Source of the DNA: a virus | Virus record (IMG/VR): IMGVR_UViG_3300033148_007030 | Span: 34,003 to 98,002 of that record | Length of the DNA: 64,000 bases | Reading direction: 5' to 3' (one strand) | Part shown: positions 1-9,583 of the stretch, piece after piece | How positions within the stretch are numbered: the first letter of the stretch is position 1 | How the letters are laid out: each line of letters begins with the position of its first letter | Notes under the pieces: generated by a model | Seen by the model: only the letters and a program-made list of their open reading frames with translations | Database searches by the model: none | Told to the model about the DNA's origin: nothing | Translations under genes and position numbers: made by a program

Positions 1-35
1 CGCCCGATGCGACTTACCAATTCCGCCACTGCCGG
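1..35 (-). tRNA. 5' half of a tRNA-like gene (Leu/Ser-type D-arm), truncated by the window edge
   Basis: Minus strand reads (G)CCGGCAG-TGGCGGAATTGGTAAGTCGC-A-TCGGGCG; the D-arm GCG..CGC with GAATTGGTA loop matches class II tRNAs; anticodon not visible. Confidence 0.6.
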
Positions 36-43
36 CATTTATA

Positions 44-397
44 CTATCGATCGTAAATCTTCTGACCAATTCTTGACCTAATCGATCCAAAAGTTCTATG
101 ATGCCTTCTTGCTATAGCTTGTATAAGTTGAGCCCATTCTTCTCCAAGAGAAATATCCTCCTTAGAAGTCCATCCTTGTCCAGCATTATCTGTAGGCCAG
201 TTATGAGGCCTAGTATAACTACTCTCTTTCACTGCTTTATTAATTCCCTCCTCAATCATCGTTTTAGCAACATCAGCAGTTACAAATTGATAATCGTACA
301 AAACATCCCTTACTATTGCTTTAATAACCCCTGCCAGATTTTCACCTCTTCTCTGCAATTCCTCATCCATCTTCTTCCTCCTCTCGTTAAAAGTCAT
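44..397 (-). CDS. hypothetical phage protein
   Basis: 117-aa ORF with RBS; C-terminal 'W..KED..L...IARRHHRTFGSIRSR' resembles a small HTH/Myb-like motif. Confidence 0.55.
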   Translation of the reverse strand: MTFNERRKKMDEELQRRGENLAGVIKAIVRDVLYDYQFVTADVAKTMIEEGINKAVKESSYTRPHNWPTDNAGQGWTSKEDISLGEEWAQLIQAIARRHHRTFGSIRSRIGQKIYDR

Positions 398-401
398 TAA
401 C

Positions 402-800
402 CTACTCCTCCTTCAATCCTGTATAACCCTCATAAATCGAATGATACTCAGGGTTTCCTCTAACAACATCCCCAAACCTATTTGTAAAACCAAATCCAGG
501 CAATAAAGATAACTTTTCAAAAGACAATTGATTGTTAAAAATCCAACCTAAAATCACCACTTTGCTTTTCTCATTTACACTCGAATTGAAATACTTCACC
601 AAGTTTGAAAAACGAGCAGATACCCCAGTCTTGTAAAAAGTCTCCTGTACCATCCCGAAAAGATCTTCAACTAATTTCACCAAAGCTTCTCTTGACCACA
701 AACCAATGTCCTCCATAAATATTCCTAATAAATACGAGAACAATGCTTCTGACTTCAACTTCTTACTATTCTTTTCTACGAGATCTAAATTAATTTGCAT
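402..800 (-). CDS. hypothetical protein
   Basis: 132-aa ORF with AGGAGG RBS downstream of a conserved promoter-like motif. Confidence 0.6.
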   Translation of the reverse strand: MQINLDLVEKNSKKLKSEALFSYLLGIFMEDIGLWSREALVKLVEDLFGMVQETFYKTGVSARFSNLVKYFNSSVNEKSKVVILGWIFNNQLSFEKLSLLPGFGFTNRFGDVVRGNPEYHSIYEGYTGLKEE

Positions 801-841
801 CTTCTCCTCCTTCTTTGTGGTTTCTATTTTTTATTATCTTG

Positions 842-881
842 AGTATATAATAAAAAAAGGCTGAGTTTTACAACTAAATTT
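842..881 (-). promoter_or_regulatory. conserved phage promoter-like motif, class A copy 1
   Basis: AAATTTAGTTGTAAAAC-N13-TATTATATACT, same sequence and spacing as 20511-20550. Confidence 0.6.
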
Positions 882-904
882 AATTTTTTTTGAGTTAATT
901 ATAA

Positions 905-2479
905 CTACTTGGAATCATTAGAATCTTTCTTTGGTTCCTTGTTTATTATCAATTCACTATCTAAATTAGGTTGTCCTAATGAAAGTTGTTGAAGCACCAC
1001 TACCTGCTTGCTTTCATCAAAATCTTTATCTCTGTGAGCAGCTAATCCAATCCTCATAACTCCCCGTCTTTTCTCCTCTGCTGTTTGACTTAAAGGAATC
1101 ATAACATCCACATGAGCCATCTTCCTAATATCCTCCGCTACATCAGTAGACCTCACATTTTTCTTATCTGCCGAACCTCTTGTAGATTGACTTGCAGTGG
1201 CCAAAAGACAATGTCTCTCTTCAGTCATACCTCCAAGAGTTTTCCAAGTATCATCAATTCTATCCCTTCTTTCTACTAACCTGGAATCTTCTGGAGCGAG
1301 GATGTCAGCATAATCAATAACAATCACATCAGGAATAAAATTATCTGTATATTCCAATAAATCTAAATCTCTTTTTATATCTCCTGTATTGGCAGAAAAT
1401 CTTGGGTAGGATATAACTCTCAAATTATCCCCATACATAGTTTTAAAACCTTCCAACGTTTTGATAGTACCCCGAACAGAAGCTCTTCTCTTTGAATACA
1501 ACTCAAACCAAGTAGCAGATTTATAAAGCTCAGGTATTTTTCCTCGGCAATAAGTACAAGGTTTGTACTTCATTCCTGCTTTGAAGGGGGGACTCTTGCC
1601 TTCACTATCAAAAAGAGGAACCGATCCTACTCGATTACGACTTGTGCAAGAACCATTTTGATTACTAAAACAATCAAAACATGGAAATATAAAACTACCA
1701 CTTGTATCACCTTTACCTGTTATCTCTTTATACATCCTTCTTATTACTCTTTTGTACCCCATTTCAAGTGAAATAAAAACAACCTTCCATCTAGATAACA
1801 GGGCCTGAATTGCTAACTCCTGCAACCACCACGTCTTCCCGCGCTTGAACGGCGCTAGGAAAGATACAAACCACCCTCTGTCAAAGTCTCCTACCAACTC
1901 TCCTAATTTACCAGGAAACTTCACTAAATGATCTCCTTCTTCATCAAATATCTTACGAACAATTTTTGGAGAAAAAGGATTGACCCAAGAAGAAGTCACT
2001 TTGGCTACCTTACGATAACTCTGCATCTGCTCTTCTGCTTTATCTACTTTTCCAGCATCAAGTAATGTCTTGATATTTTCCGAAACTGCTCTCAGGGCTC
2101 TTTTATTAAGATATTCCAAGGAGCTGTCAAGAACATACTCAACATTGAATTTCTCAGTTTCTTCATAGTTCTTGGATAGGTTTGTTAGGAAAGTTTCTAT
2201 TACATCTGCTTCTGCTTTATCAATGTCAGATCTCTCGGCTTTAAATATATCCTGAATATGTTTTCCAGGAGAAGTACCATAGGTTTTGTAATAATCTTTT
2301 ATCCACGTGATTATTCTTTTACCATACGAAATCTGAAAATATGCTTGATCTAAAATTGGGAAAACATCTTTGCAAAACTTTGTGGAAACTATTAATGCAG
2401 TTATTATTTTTAACTCAATTTCTGTATCTGCTGGGTGTCTTCTGAAATTAGACATTATTTTCCTTTCTAATGAATTCAC
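905..2479 (-). CDS. replicative DnaB-like (SF4) helicase
   Basis: Walker A APFKRGKT, Walker B VIVIDYAD, LATASQ, VAEDIRK; Cys-rich insert (CFDC...CTYC) between the Walker motifs. Confidence 0.85.
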   Translation of the reverse strand: MNSLERKIMSNFRRHPADTEIELKIITALIVSTKFCKDVFPILDQAYFQISYGKRIITWIKDYYKTYGTSPGKHIQDIFKAERSDIDKAEADVIETFLTNLSKNYEETEKFNVEYVLDSSLEYLNKRALRAVSENIKTLLDAGKVDKAEEQMQSYRKVAKVTSSWVNPFSPKIVRKIFDEEGDHLVKFPGKLGELVGDFDRGWFVSFLAPFKRGKTWWLQELAIQALLSRWKVVFISLEMGYKRVIRRMYKEITGKGDTSGSFIFPCFDCFSNQNGSCTSRNRVGSVPLFDSEGKSPPFKAGMKYKPCTYCRGKIPELYKSATWFELYSKRRASVRGTIKTLEGFKTMYGDNLRVISYPRFSANTGDIKRDLDLLEYTDNFIPDVIVIDYADILAPEDSRLVERRDRIDDTWKTLGGMTEERHCLLATASQSTRGSADKKNVRSTDVAEDIRKMAHVDVMIPLSQTAEEKRRGVMRIGLAAHRDKDFDESKQVVVLQQLSLGQPNLDSELIINKEPKKDSNDSK

Positions 2480-2657
2480 TCATAATATTTAGAAATACTT
2501 GTATTACCACGATTCGAGTATTTTCCAGAACGTGTCACTGAATCTGCTTTATATGGTATCTTAAATAAAATATCAAGCTTCCGAAGTTCCTCCCGAATAC
2601 GTCTAACATCCTCCTTATCAGCGGCCTACAGGGTTGGCTGCGTTGGTGGTTATGCGT

Positions 2658-4297
2658 TTATCGTAATTTAATGCCAAGTGCTGACGCCATTTCTTCCATA
2701 GTGCTTGCTTGTTCAAATTTTTTGTGCTGTGCCTTTATTAATTCACGTTTATCCTCTCGTTCAATATATTTAGCCCTGCGTTTTGCCTTCTTGCTTGGAT
2801 AAAATTTATTCATTTTCACCTCACACATAACAACATTATTAACCAGATTTACTGTCAGATGCATTATTAGTAATATTTATATATCTTATTCTCCCAGCTA
2901 AAGAAAATAGGAATTGCGGCGTATTCCTCTGATTTCTTTTTACCCCAAGGTTATCAAGTTCTTTGTGGGCTCTCTCTATATCTCCTAATGCTATTCTAGC
3001 CTTAGTTGATTCTTCCATATAATCACGTTCTATTTCACGTGAAATAGACAAAGGTACTACCTTCTCCTTTTTCGTAACATACCTACTACAGAAAGCGTTA
3101 TAATCTGATATTGGTGTCATTGTGTCTCCTTTCACCCCTCACTCACTTGCGGGGGGTTTACTTTGGGTCGGTTTCAGCGGTTGTTGGGAGGCCTTTGATA
3201 AAGGGCACCAATCAGGTATTGTTAAAATATCTTCTACTAGCCTTCCATTAGGTAAATCAATAGCAGAACAGTTGCGCCTACAATCACCCACGGTGCCCCC
3301 CAAGGCAGGAACAAAAAAATGGTAATGGGGACATCCCCTACAACATGTAATCTCAATAATTCTCTTTTCCATAAAGTCCTCCTAACAACATTATTAACCA
3401 GAATTATTTCTGTATAATAACATTTCCCTTATTTTAGATCTTTTTCCATCCTTGCTTTGTTACCTGATATTTCGTGCCGTCTGACATTTCAACGATGTTG
3501 CCTTCTTTGTGAATTTTGGTAGTGACAGGTTGATCGACTTTGCGCGGAAACAACTTAAATTCTTCCTGTTTCTCTTCGGTAAGATTGTCAAACAAAGCTT
3601 TTCTTTCATCAGAAACAATCATTGTGTCACCAAAGAGATCTTTCATTTTAGCCAGTGATTTTTCATTCATTGGTCCATCGAATTGCATACTCATCTTCCC
3701 CCTCCTTTCATGGGGTGTCCTTTTTAAATTTTGTGCATTTGGGTTGCCCATCATCGCCATACTGCCATTCGCACGGATATCCTGGATCATCAATATCAAG
3801 TGCCATTGTTCTACCTATTATATGACATAATTTTGTTTCTCCATTATCATGTATGCACTGGTCACAAAAAGAGGTCATGAAGATTTCGCCCTCTGTGCCA
3901 TTTGAAGGGCGGTATTTCTTAATAGGGTTACTATCCTTTATTTTTGCTATTAACTTATCTAATTGCCCTGGACGTAAGCTGTCAGAAGCACAAACATATT
4001 TTGTACCCATCACTCCCTCCTTTCTTTTTAAACTTCGTCCCAACTTGCTAACTTGGCTTCTGGAATTTCTTCCTGGATAGAAACAAGCATTTCTTTGATA
4101 CCAAGCTCAGTATTACTACTAATCCAAAAATCCTTTAAAACAGAATCTTCTGGATAACTATCAAAAGACTCCTTCAAGACTTTTTCACTTCTTTCTGTAT
4201 GAAAAGGTAAATTTAACAAAAAATCAAAACTAGCCTGCTGCTTTTCCAACTCTTCTTGATTACCTTTTATATAACAAGTTATTCTATACTTTTTCAT
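2658..4297 (-). CDS. cluster of six small hypothetical ORFs, several bounded by attC-like remnants
   Basis: ORF track (2658-2864, 2839-3135, 3139-3372, 3434-3799, 3708-4043, 4028-4297); RBS motifs present; two ORFs are Cys-rich. Confidence 0.55.
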
Positions 4298-4311
4298 CCA
4301 CCTTCTCCTTT

Positions 4312-5601
4312 CTAATCATTTAAAGGTTCCTCAATCATAGCTTGCTGATATAAATATGCTGGTAATGTTTTCCAATATAAAGACTCTTGTGAAAACCATC
4401 CAGGAGTAACTCTCGATAAATCTTCATTCAATTGTTTATCCAACGCTGCAAAAACATATCTGACAAGATGAACTGGATATTGCCTTTCAAGAGGTTCAAG
4501 AAGAATTTTATCTCCATTCTTTTTGAAGAAGTCTGTTAACATCTTTCCCGCTTTTCTAAAACAATTCTCCTCCCTACTTGTAAACCCATTTGAATGTGAG
4601 TTACCTAGAACTTTCTGAACATACTGGGCTTTGAACTCTTTGGTAAGTTCTGGATGAATATCAGTTACAGGAGGATCTTTAAGAGGTAATGGTGGATTTA
4701 AGTAAAAGAGTAATAAAGCTTTATTTCCAATAGAACGAGGATTGTAAATAAAATCAACTAATGATAATCCTTTCAAGTAGGTTTTATTTTGGGGTTCGTA
4801 CGAAGGATTGGTTGTAGCAATTTTGAAATGTCCTATTGCCAATTTAATCTGTTCGGAAGTAATCTTCTTATCTTTATACTCATTTACTTCGAACCTACCT
4901 CTAATAAGTTGTTTAGCCCGTTTAACTATATCTTTGTAAACATTAGTGGAAGGATTCTTATGTTGTCGTAAACCTGAATTATTCCAATAGTCAATAATAT
5001 CCTGAATAGTAGCAGGAACTGTAATGGGTTTGGTTTCCTTCTTCTTTGGTATAAGGGAATGATTATCTTTAAGTTTAGAACGAATTCTTTTTGCTTTGCT
5101 TCTTTTTAGTAAGGATGGTTTATTATGAAATGATTTATCAAAGGAGGAGGGCAGTTCAGGCGAAGCCTGTACTTCTAAAACTTTAGTTTTAGAAGAATAA
5201 TCTCTATCTAATAAACTCTTATTAATATACTCATTGATTTCATTAGGCTGCTTAATAGAATTCATAAGGCAGCCTTTTAGCTTTTCAGAAATATCGGAGG
5301 CTATTCTCAACGTTCTTTTTCTCCCATCAAAGCTCTCCAATTCTACTAATCCCAAACTTATAAGTTTATTGATAGCTTTACTTATGGTAGATTCTCCAAT
5401 ATTAAGAAAATTAGCAAAATATTTGTTGGAAGCAAAACATCCTTTTTTCTTAGTTAGACTTTCTATTTCTACATATAAAACTTTCTCGTACCAATTAAGT
5501 CCTGTAGCTAGATAAATTTCTTTCCTAATCCATACTCCTGTAAAACCCCTTTCTTTTTTCCCCGGGTTCATTTCTTCTTTTATTTCTTGTTCCATAAACA
5601 C
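4312..5601 (-). CDS. phage replication initiator (N-terminal winged HTH, O/DnaD-like)
   Basis: FTGVWI..EI..L..K.GCFASNKYFA..L......IS..I..L...GL.......GRKR pattern typical of phage replisome organisers; close to the helicase gene. Confidence 0.75.
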   Translation of the reverse strand: MFMEQEIKEEMNPGKKERGFTGVWIRKEIYLATGLNWYEKVLYVEIESLTKKKGCFASNKYFANFLNIGESTISKAINKLISLGLVELESFDGRKRTLRIASDISEKLKGCLMNSIKQPNEINEYINKSLLDRDYSSKTKVLEVQASPELPSSFDKSFHNKPSLLKRSKAKRIRSKLKDNHSLIPKKKETKPITVPATIQDIIDYWNNSGLRQHKNPSTNVYKDIVKRAKQLIRGRFEVNEYKDKKITSEQIKLAIGHFKIATTNPSYEPQNKTYLKGLSLVDFIYNPRSIGNKALLLFYLNPPLPLKDPPVTDIHPELTKEFKAQYVQKVLGNSHSNGFTSREENCFRKAGKMLTDFFKKNGDKILLEPLERQYPVHLVRYVFAALDKQLNEDLSRVTPGWFSQESLYWKTLPAYLYQQAMIEEPLND

Positions 5602-5624
5602 CTCCTTCTATACTAAAATTACTT

Positions 5625-6794
5625 TTATCCTTTGATTACTCCTAATGGATAGAGTTTTACCAATGGTTTAATAAGATCAAGTTGGGATTCAACCACGTAA
5701 TCAATATCTTTATATGCCTGTGGCGCTTCTCCAAGGTCTATATTTCCTTTTCGATCTTGTCCCCATCCATCAAACACAACACCACCCATAGCTTTATCAC
5801 ATTCCACTTTATTCAATCGTCTAGAAGCATCTTTTCTGCCCATTGTTCTTCCGGCTCCGTGTGAACAAGAATTAAATGATTCAGGATTACCCAAACCCTC
5901 AACAATATAAGATGGAGTTCCCATACTGCCGGGAATAATTCCAAGCTCTCCCTTCCTGGCTCTCGTGGCCCCTTTCCTGTGAATAAGAACATTTTTGCCA
6001 AAATGATTTTCCCACGCAGCATAGTTGTGATGAATGTTAATTTCTTTTTGAAAATCACTGGAATTAAGAATTGTACTAACAGCCCCCTTTAAATGCCCCA
6101 TAATTAAAGTTCTATTCATTTTGGCAAAACTTAACGCAAAAGTCATTGCTTCAATATAATCTTTTGCCTGTTGATCTTCTATTGGGAGAAAGGCCAACTC
6201 CTTATCTGGAATATTTGAATGCCATCGCTCACAAAATTTTATGGCAAGATCATTATAATGTTTTGCTATTTTGTACCCAATATTTCTTGAACCGGAGTGA
6301 ACCATTAACCAGACATAATCATCATTTCCTTTTTGAATTTCAATAAAGTGATTTCCCCCGCCAAGCGTCCCTATCTGTTTTCTTGCGGATTCTATTTGGT
6401 TTTGTAGTATTGGTAAATCTGGAGCATCATCAAACCCATCCCAGTCATAATCTTCTTCGTTATGATTAAAACCTACCGGTACAGATTTCCTTACTAATTC
6501 AATGATTAATTTAATTTTATCTTTTGGAAGATGCAGAATATTTGTTTGCACCGCGCACATCCCGCATCCAATATCTACACCAACAGCATTTGGGATAACA
6601 GCTCTATTACACGCTATAACACCCCCTATTGGCATCCCATACCCCTGGTGACAATCCGGCATTAAAGCCACATGTTTAAATATAACAGGATGCCTAGCAA
6701 GATTCTCTGCTTGTTTCATTGCTCCATCTTCGATTGGTTCACACCATGATTTTATTGGAATACGTTGATTACTTTCATACTTTACCCATTTCAT
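5625..6794 (-). CDS. rtcB: RtcB-family 3'-phosphate/5'-OH RNA ligase
   Basis: MPDCH.GYG.PIG, VGVDIGCG, GTLGGGNHFIE, HSGSR, HHNYA, HRKGAT, PGSMG, SCSHGAGR, EAP.AYK. Confidence 0.95.
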   Translation of the reverse strand: MKWVKYESNQRIPIKSWCEPIEDGAMKQAENLARHPVIFKHVALMPDCHQGYGMPIGGVIACNRAVIPNAVGVDIGCGMCAVQTNILHLPKDKIKLIIELVRKSVPVGFNHNEEDYDWDGFDDAPDLPILQNQIESARKQIGTLGGGNHFIEIQKGNDDYVWLMVHSGSRNIGYKIAKHYNDLAIKFCERWHSNIPDKELAFLPIEDQQAKDYIEAMTFALSFAKMNRTLIMGHLKGAVSTILNSSDFQKEINIHHNYAAWENHFGKNVLIHRKGATRARKGELGIIPGSMGTPSYIVEGLGNPESFNSCSHGAGRTMGRKDASRRLNKVECDKAMGGVVFDGWGQDRKGNIDLGEAPQAYKDIDYVVESQLDLIKPLVKLYPLGVIKG

Positions 6795-6811
6795 ACTGTT
6801 ACCTCCTTAAA

Positions 6812-6990
6812 AACACAAAAAGAGTTTGTTTTGGAAAACTCCCTAGCCAAAGATAGATTTTTTAGTCCTGTCTCGACCCGGCCCCCCAGGCATCAAACAG
6901 ACAACCAGGGAGTCTTCTAAAACAAACTCTTTCAAAATTCTATCTTTTGATTTGTTCATAACTTCTTTCTTCACATGGGGGCTCTCAATA
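6812..6990 (-). ncRNA. structured leader RNA upstream of rtcB and initiator (long stem plus alternative pairing; C4/CI-like candidate)
   Basis: 26-bp inverted repeat 6819-6844/6907-6932 followed by a T-rich run; second complementary pair 6845-6863/6934-6952; 38-codon uORF 6843-6959. Confidence 0.55.
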
Positions 6991-7036
6991 TTTTTATAAT
7001 TATAAAATATTTTTAAAAAGAAATAAAGAAAAAAAT

Positions 7037-7186
7037 TTATTCTCCCTCTTTTTCATCCTTTTCTACTTCTTCCCGCAAGAGTTTCAATATCAAATCCTTA
7101 ATAGTAATCTTTCGTTTCGACACAAGCATGCTCACTTTGTACCACAACTCTGGATCATAATGTGGTAGTAAATATGTATTACTCAT
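7037..7186 (-). CDS. small ribbon-helix-helix (Arc/CopG-like) DNA-binding protein, absent from the ORF track
   Basis: MSNTYLLPHYDPELWYKVSMLVSKRKITIKDLILKLLREEV..., with RBS GAGGA. Confidence 0.6.
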   Translation of the reverse strand: MSNTYLLPHYDPELWYKVSMLVSKRKITIKDLILKLLREEVEKDEKEGE

Positions 7187-7202
7187 TCCTTATTCCTCCT
7201 TT

Positions 7203-7880
7203 CTATTTAAAAAGTATTGATCCTTTACGAATAACTGGATTGAATAGATCTAACTTGACCTTACCCAATCCTTTACACTTATAACAATCTTTGAATCCTG
7301 TTCTAGTAATTCTTCCAGTCCCATCACATTTTCTACATGTAACTACCTTAAAAATTCCAGTCCCTTTGCATTTATAACAATCAACCACCCTACCGTTTCT
7401 CTGTTTGAATTTCCCAGTTCCTTTACAAACTCGACACCCCAAAGTTTTCTTCCCAGAGGATCTTTGTTTACCAAGAAATGCCCCCCAAAATCCCTTGATC
7501 TCTGGCCCAAGGTCACATTCGTCGCATTTAGCAAAATGAAGTCCATAAGGATCAAATATCTCTGTTTTCCCACTGCCGCCACATTCAGAGCAAGGTTCCC
7601 AAAAAGTAAACATATCCTCATTCTCTTCAAAGGATTTCATTGCCTGTTCTTTCTGCTCTTTCCCTATTCCAAAAGAGATGGCTAAATTCTTCAAGTGTTT
7701 GTAGGCGATTATAACCCCCTTAGCTTTCTCCTCAAGAGCAATATTCCCAGCAGTATCAGGATGACAGGATTTAATCATAGCTCGAAACTTATTAGACAAC
7801 TCCTCAGGTGAAAAAGGATACTCTCCGATTCCTAAATGCTGCATTGCTTCTTCTGTTCTTGCTCCTATTTGTATTCTCAT
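7203..7880 (-). CDS. DnaJ-like co-chaperone (J-domain plus Cys-rich Zn fingers)
   Basis: HPD motif (SCHPD); six CxxC motifs, five of them CxxCxGxG. Confidence 0.85.
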   Translation of the reverse strand: MRIQIGARTEEAMQHLGIGEYPFSPEELSNKFRAMIKSCHPDTAGNIALEEKAKGVIIAYKHLKNLAISFGIGKEQKEQAMKSFEENEDMFTFWEPCSECGGSGKTEIFDPYGLHFAKCDECDLGPEIKGFWGAFLGKQRSSGKKTLGCRVCKGTGKFKQRNGRVVDCYKCKGTGIFKVVTCRKCDGTGRITRTGFKDCYKCKGLGKVKLDLFNPVIRKGSILFK

Positions 7881-8666
7881 TATTCTACCTTTTTTAATGG
7901 TAATATTTCTGGATCAGGTTTATCTAATTCAAGAAGAACTTTATCGACATCCATGACTTGAACCGTCCTAAGAACAGATAAACACTTGCGAATTACCGAT
8001 TTATTGAAATCATACCTATCCTTTTCCTCTGGATAAAAAAGCATTGCCCAAAAACTATTTGGAGACAAATCCATGACAAAATTCGAAAAATCGTGCTCTA
8101 TTCGAATATATGATTGGGCTATTGATAGCAACAAATGAGCGATATCTTTAGAAGAACAATATTCCGGCTCTATTCCGTTTCTAATTGAAACAATTCTCTT
8201 CATGTCTTCAATAACATCTGTTTCCTTGTACCAACCTTTTGCATATAAATAAATATGTGAATCTGCATTCTTCATAACTATTCCTCCTTTTCTTTTAATG
8301 CTTCCAGACATTTATCAAATAAACAATTTACTGCCTTATCCCCACAAAACTCCCTCCATGGTTCCCCATATCTGTAACAATAAAGAATACAATCTTCCAT
8401 GAAAAACCGATACTTACCATCTTCTAAAATAATCTCGTCCATTTTCAACCTCCCTTTGCAAGTTTTTTCATATAACCAACCAAACAAACAAAACCACAAA
8501 AAGCTAAATCAGTTGAAATTAAACGGTCAGCTTTACGAACTTTTCCAACTTTATCCACTCCTTTACTAATTATAATTTCATTTATCCCATACATTTTTAT
8601 CCAACCAATCTTTTCTTCAGGATTGATTATATATTTACCACAATGGTCACAGTACCCTATACTCAT
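7880..8666 (-). CDS. three small hypothetical proteins
   Basis: Tightly packed or overlapping ORFs with RBS. Confidence 0.5.
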
Positions 8667-8667
8667 C

Positions 8668-9579
8668 TCACTCCCCTTCTCTAAAAAGTTCTTGTTTTAA
8701 TTCTTTAGCTAATTTATCACTCATATCTGCTGGATCTCCCTTTTCTAATTCAATCATCTCTGTTATAGGAACAAATCCAGATAACGCGTTTCTAAGTGCT
8801 TCTGCTCTCTTCATAGCTAAGGGTTCAGGATCAAATAAAACATAAGCTTCCTTTAAATTTTTAGCTCGTAACAAATTGATCTGAGCCCAAGTAAATTCAA
8901 GACCAAATGTACAAACTACCCCATCTCCTAATCGCCAAACATCAAAAGGGCCTTCCACAATAATCACTTTATCCTTAACAGAATCAATATTATACAAACA
9001 TTCTTTTGCTGGTATTATCGATTCTTCAATCGAACAATGTTTGTATGCAGTATGGGCTTTCCCAGTTACATCTCTACTGGTAAAACATACAAGTTTCCTA
9101 TCCATGTAAATTGGAATTATCAATCTAAATTTCCAATCTCCTAAATTGTAACAAGCTTTGATTTCGTATTTTTTTATCAAGTAATCAGGATCAAATCTTC
9201 TGTTTATTAAATACTTTCTATGTAAATCAGGTAGGGTATCTGTAGCCTCCTTTGGCAACATAATATGATTACTTCTTATCTGTATATCTTTTTTCAAATA
9301 ATCGAAAGTCTTGTCCTGATATCTCTCAACAATGGTGTTGGCTTCTGCCCAGGAACATTCTTCAATTTCTCTGACTATCATTGTTGCCGGGCCTTTTACC
9401 CCACAAGACCAACAATGCAGAAGTTTGGAAGTTAAATTTATTCCAAGATGATTTGAAGGATCTGAGCACCAAAGGCAATTTATATTAACCCAACCTCTGG
9501 ATACATTCTTTCCAGATTCAAAATATTCGACCCCTTTATCATCAAAATATTGAAGTATATCAAAGTTTTCTAAGGACAT
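8668..9579 (-). CDS. DNA primase (Zn-binding domain plus TOPRIM)
   Basis: CLWC...HCWSCG Zn finger; IIVEGPFD and LFDPE TOPRIM motifs. Confidence 0.9.
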   Translation of the reverse strand: MSLENFDILQYFDDKGVEYFESGKNVSRGWVNINCLWCSDPSNHLGINLTSKLLHCWSCGVKGPATMIVREIEECSWAEANTIVERYQDKTFDYLKKDIQIRSNHIMLPKEATDTLPDLHRKYLINRRFDPDYLIKKYEIKACYNLGDWKFRLIIPIYMDRKLVCFTSRDVTGKAHTAYKHCSIEESIIPAKECLYNIDSVKDKVIIVEGPFDVWRLGDGVVCTFGLEFTWAQINLLRAKNLKEAYVLFDPEPLAMKRAEALRNALSGFVPITEMIELEKGDPADMSDKLAKELKQELFREGE

Positions 9580-9583
9580 TTAT

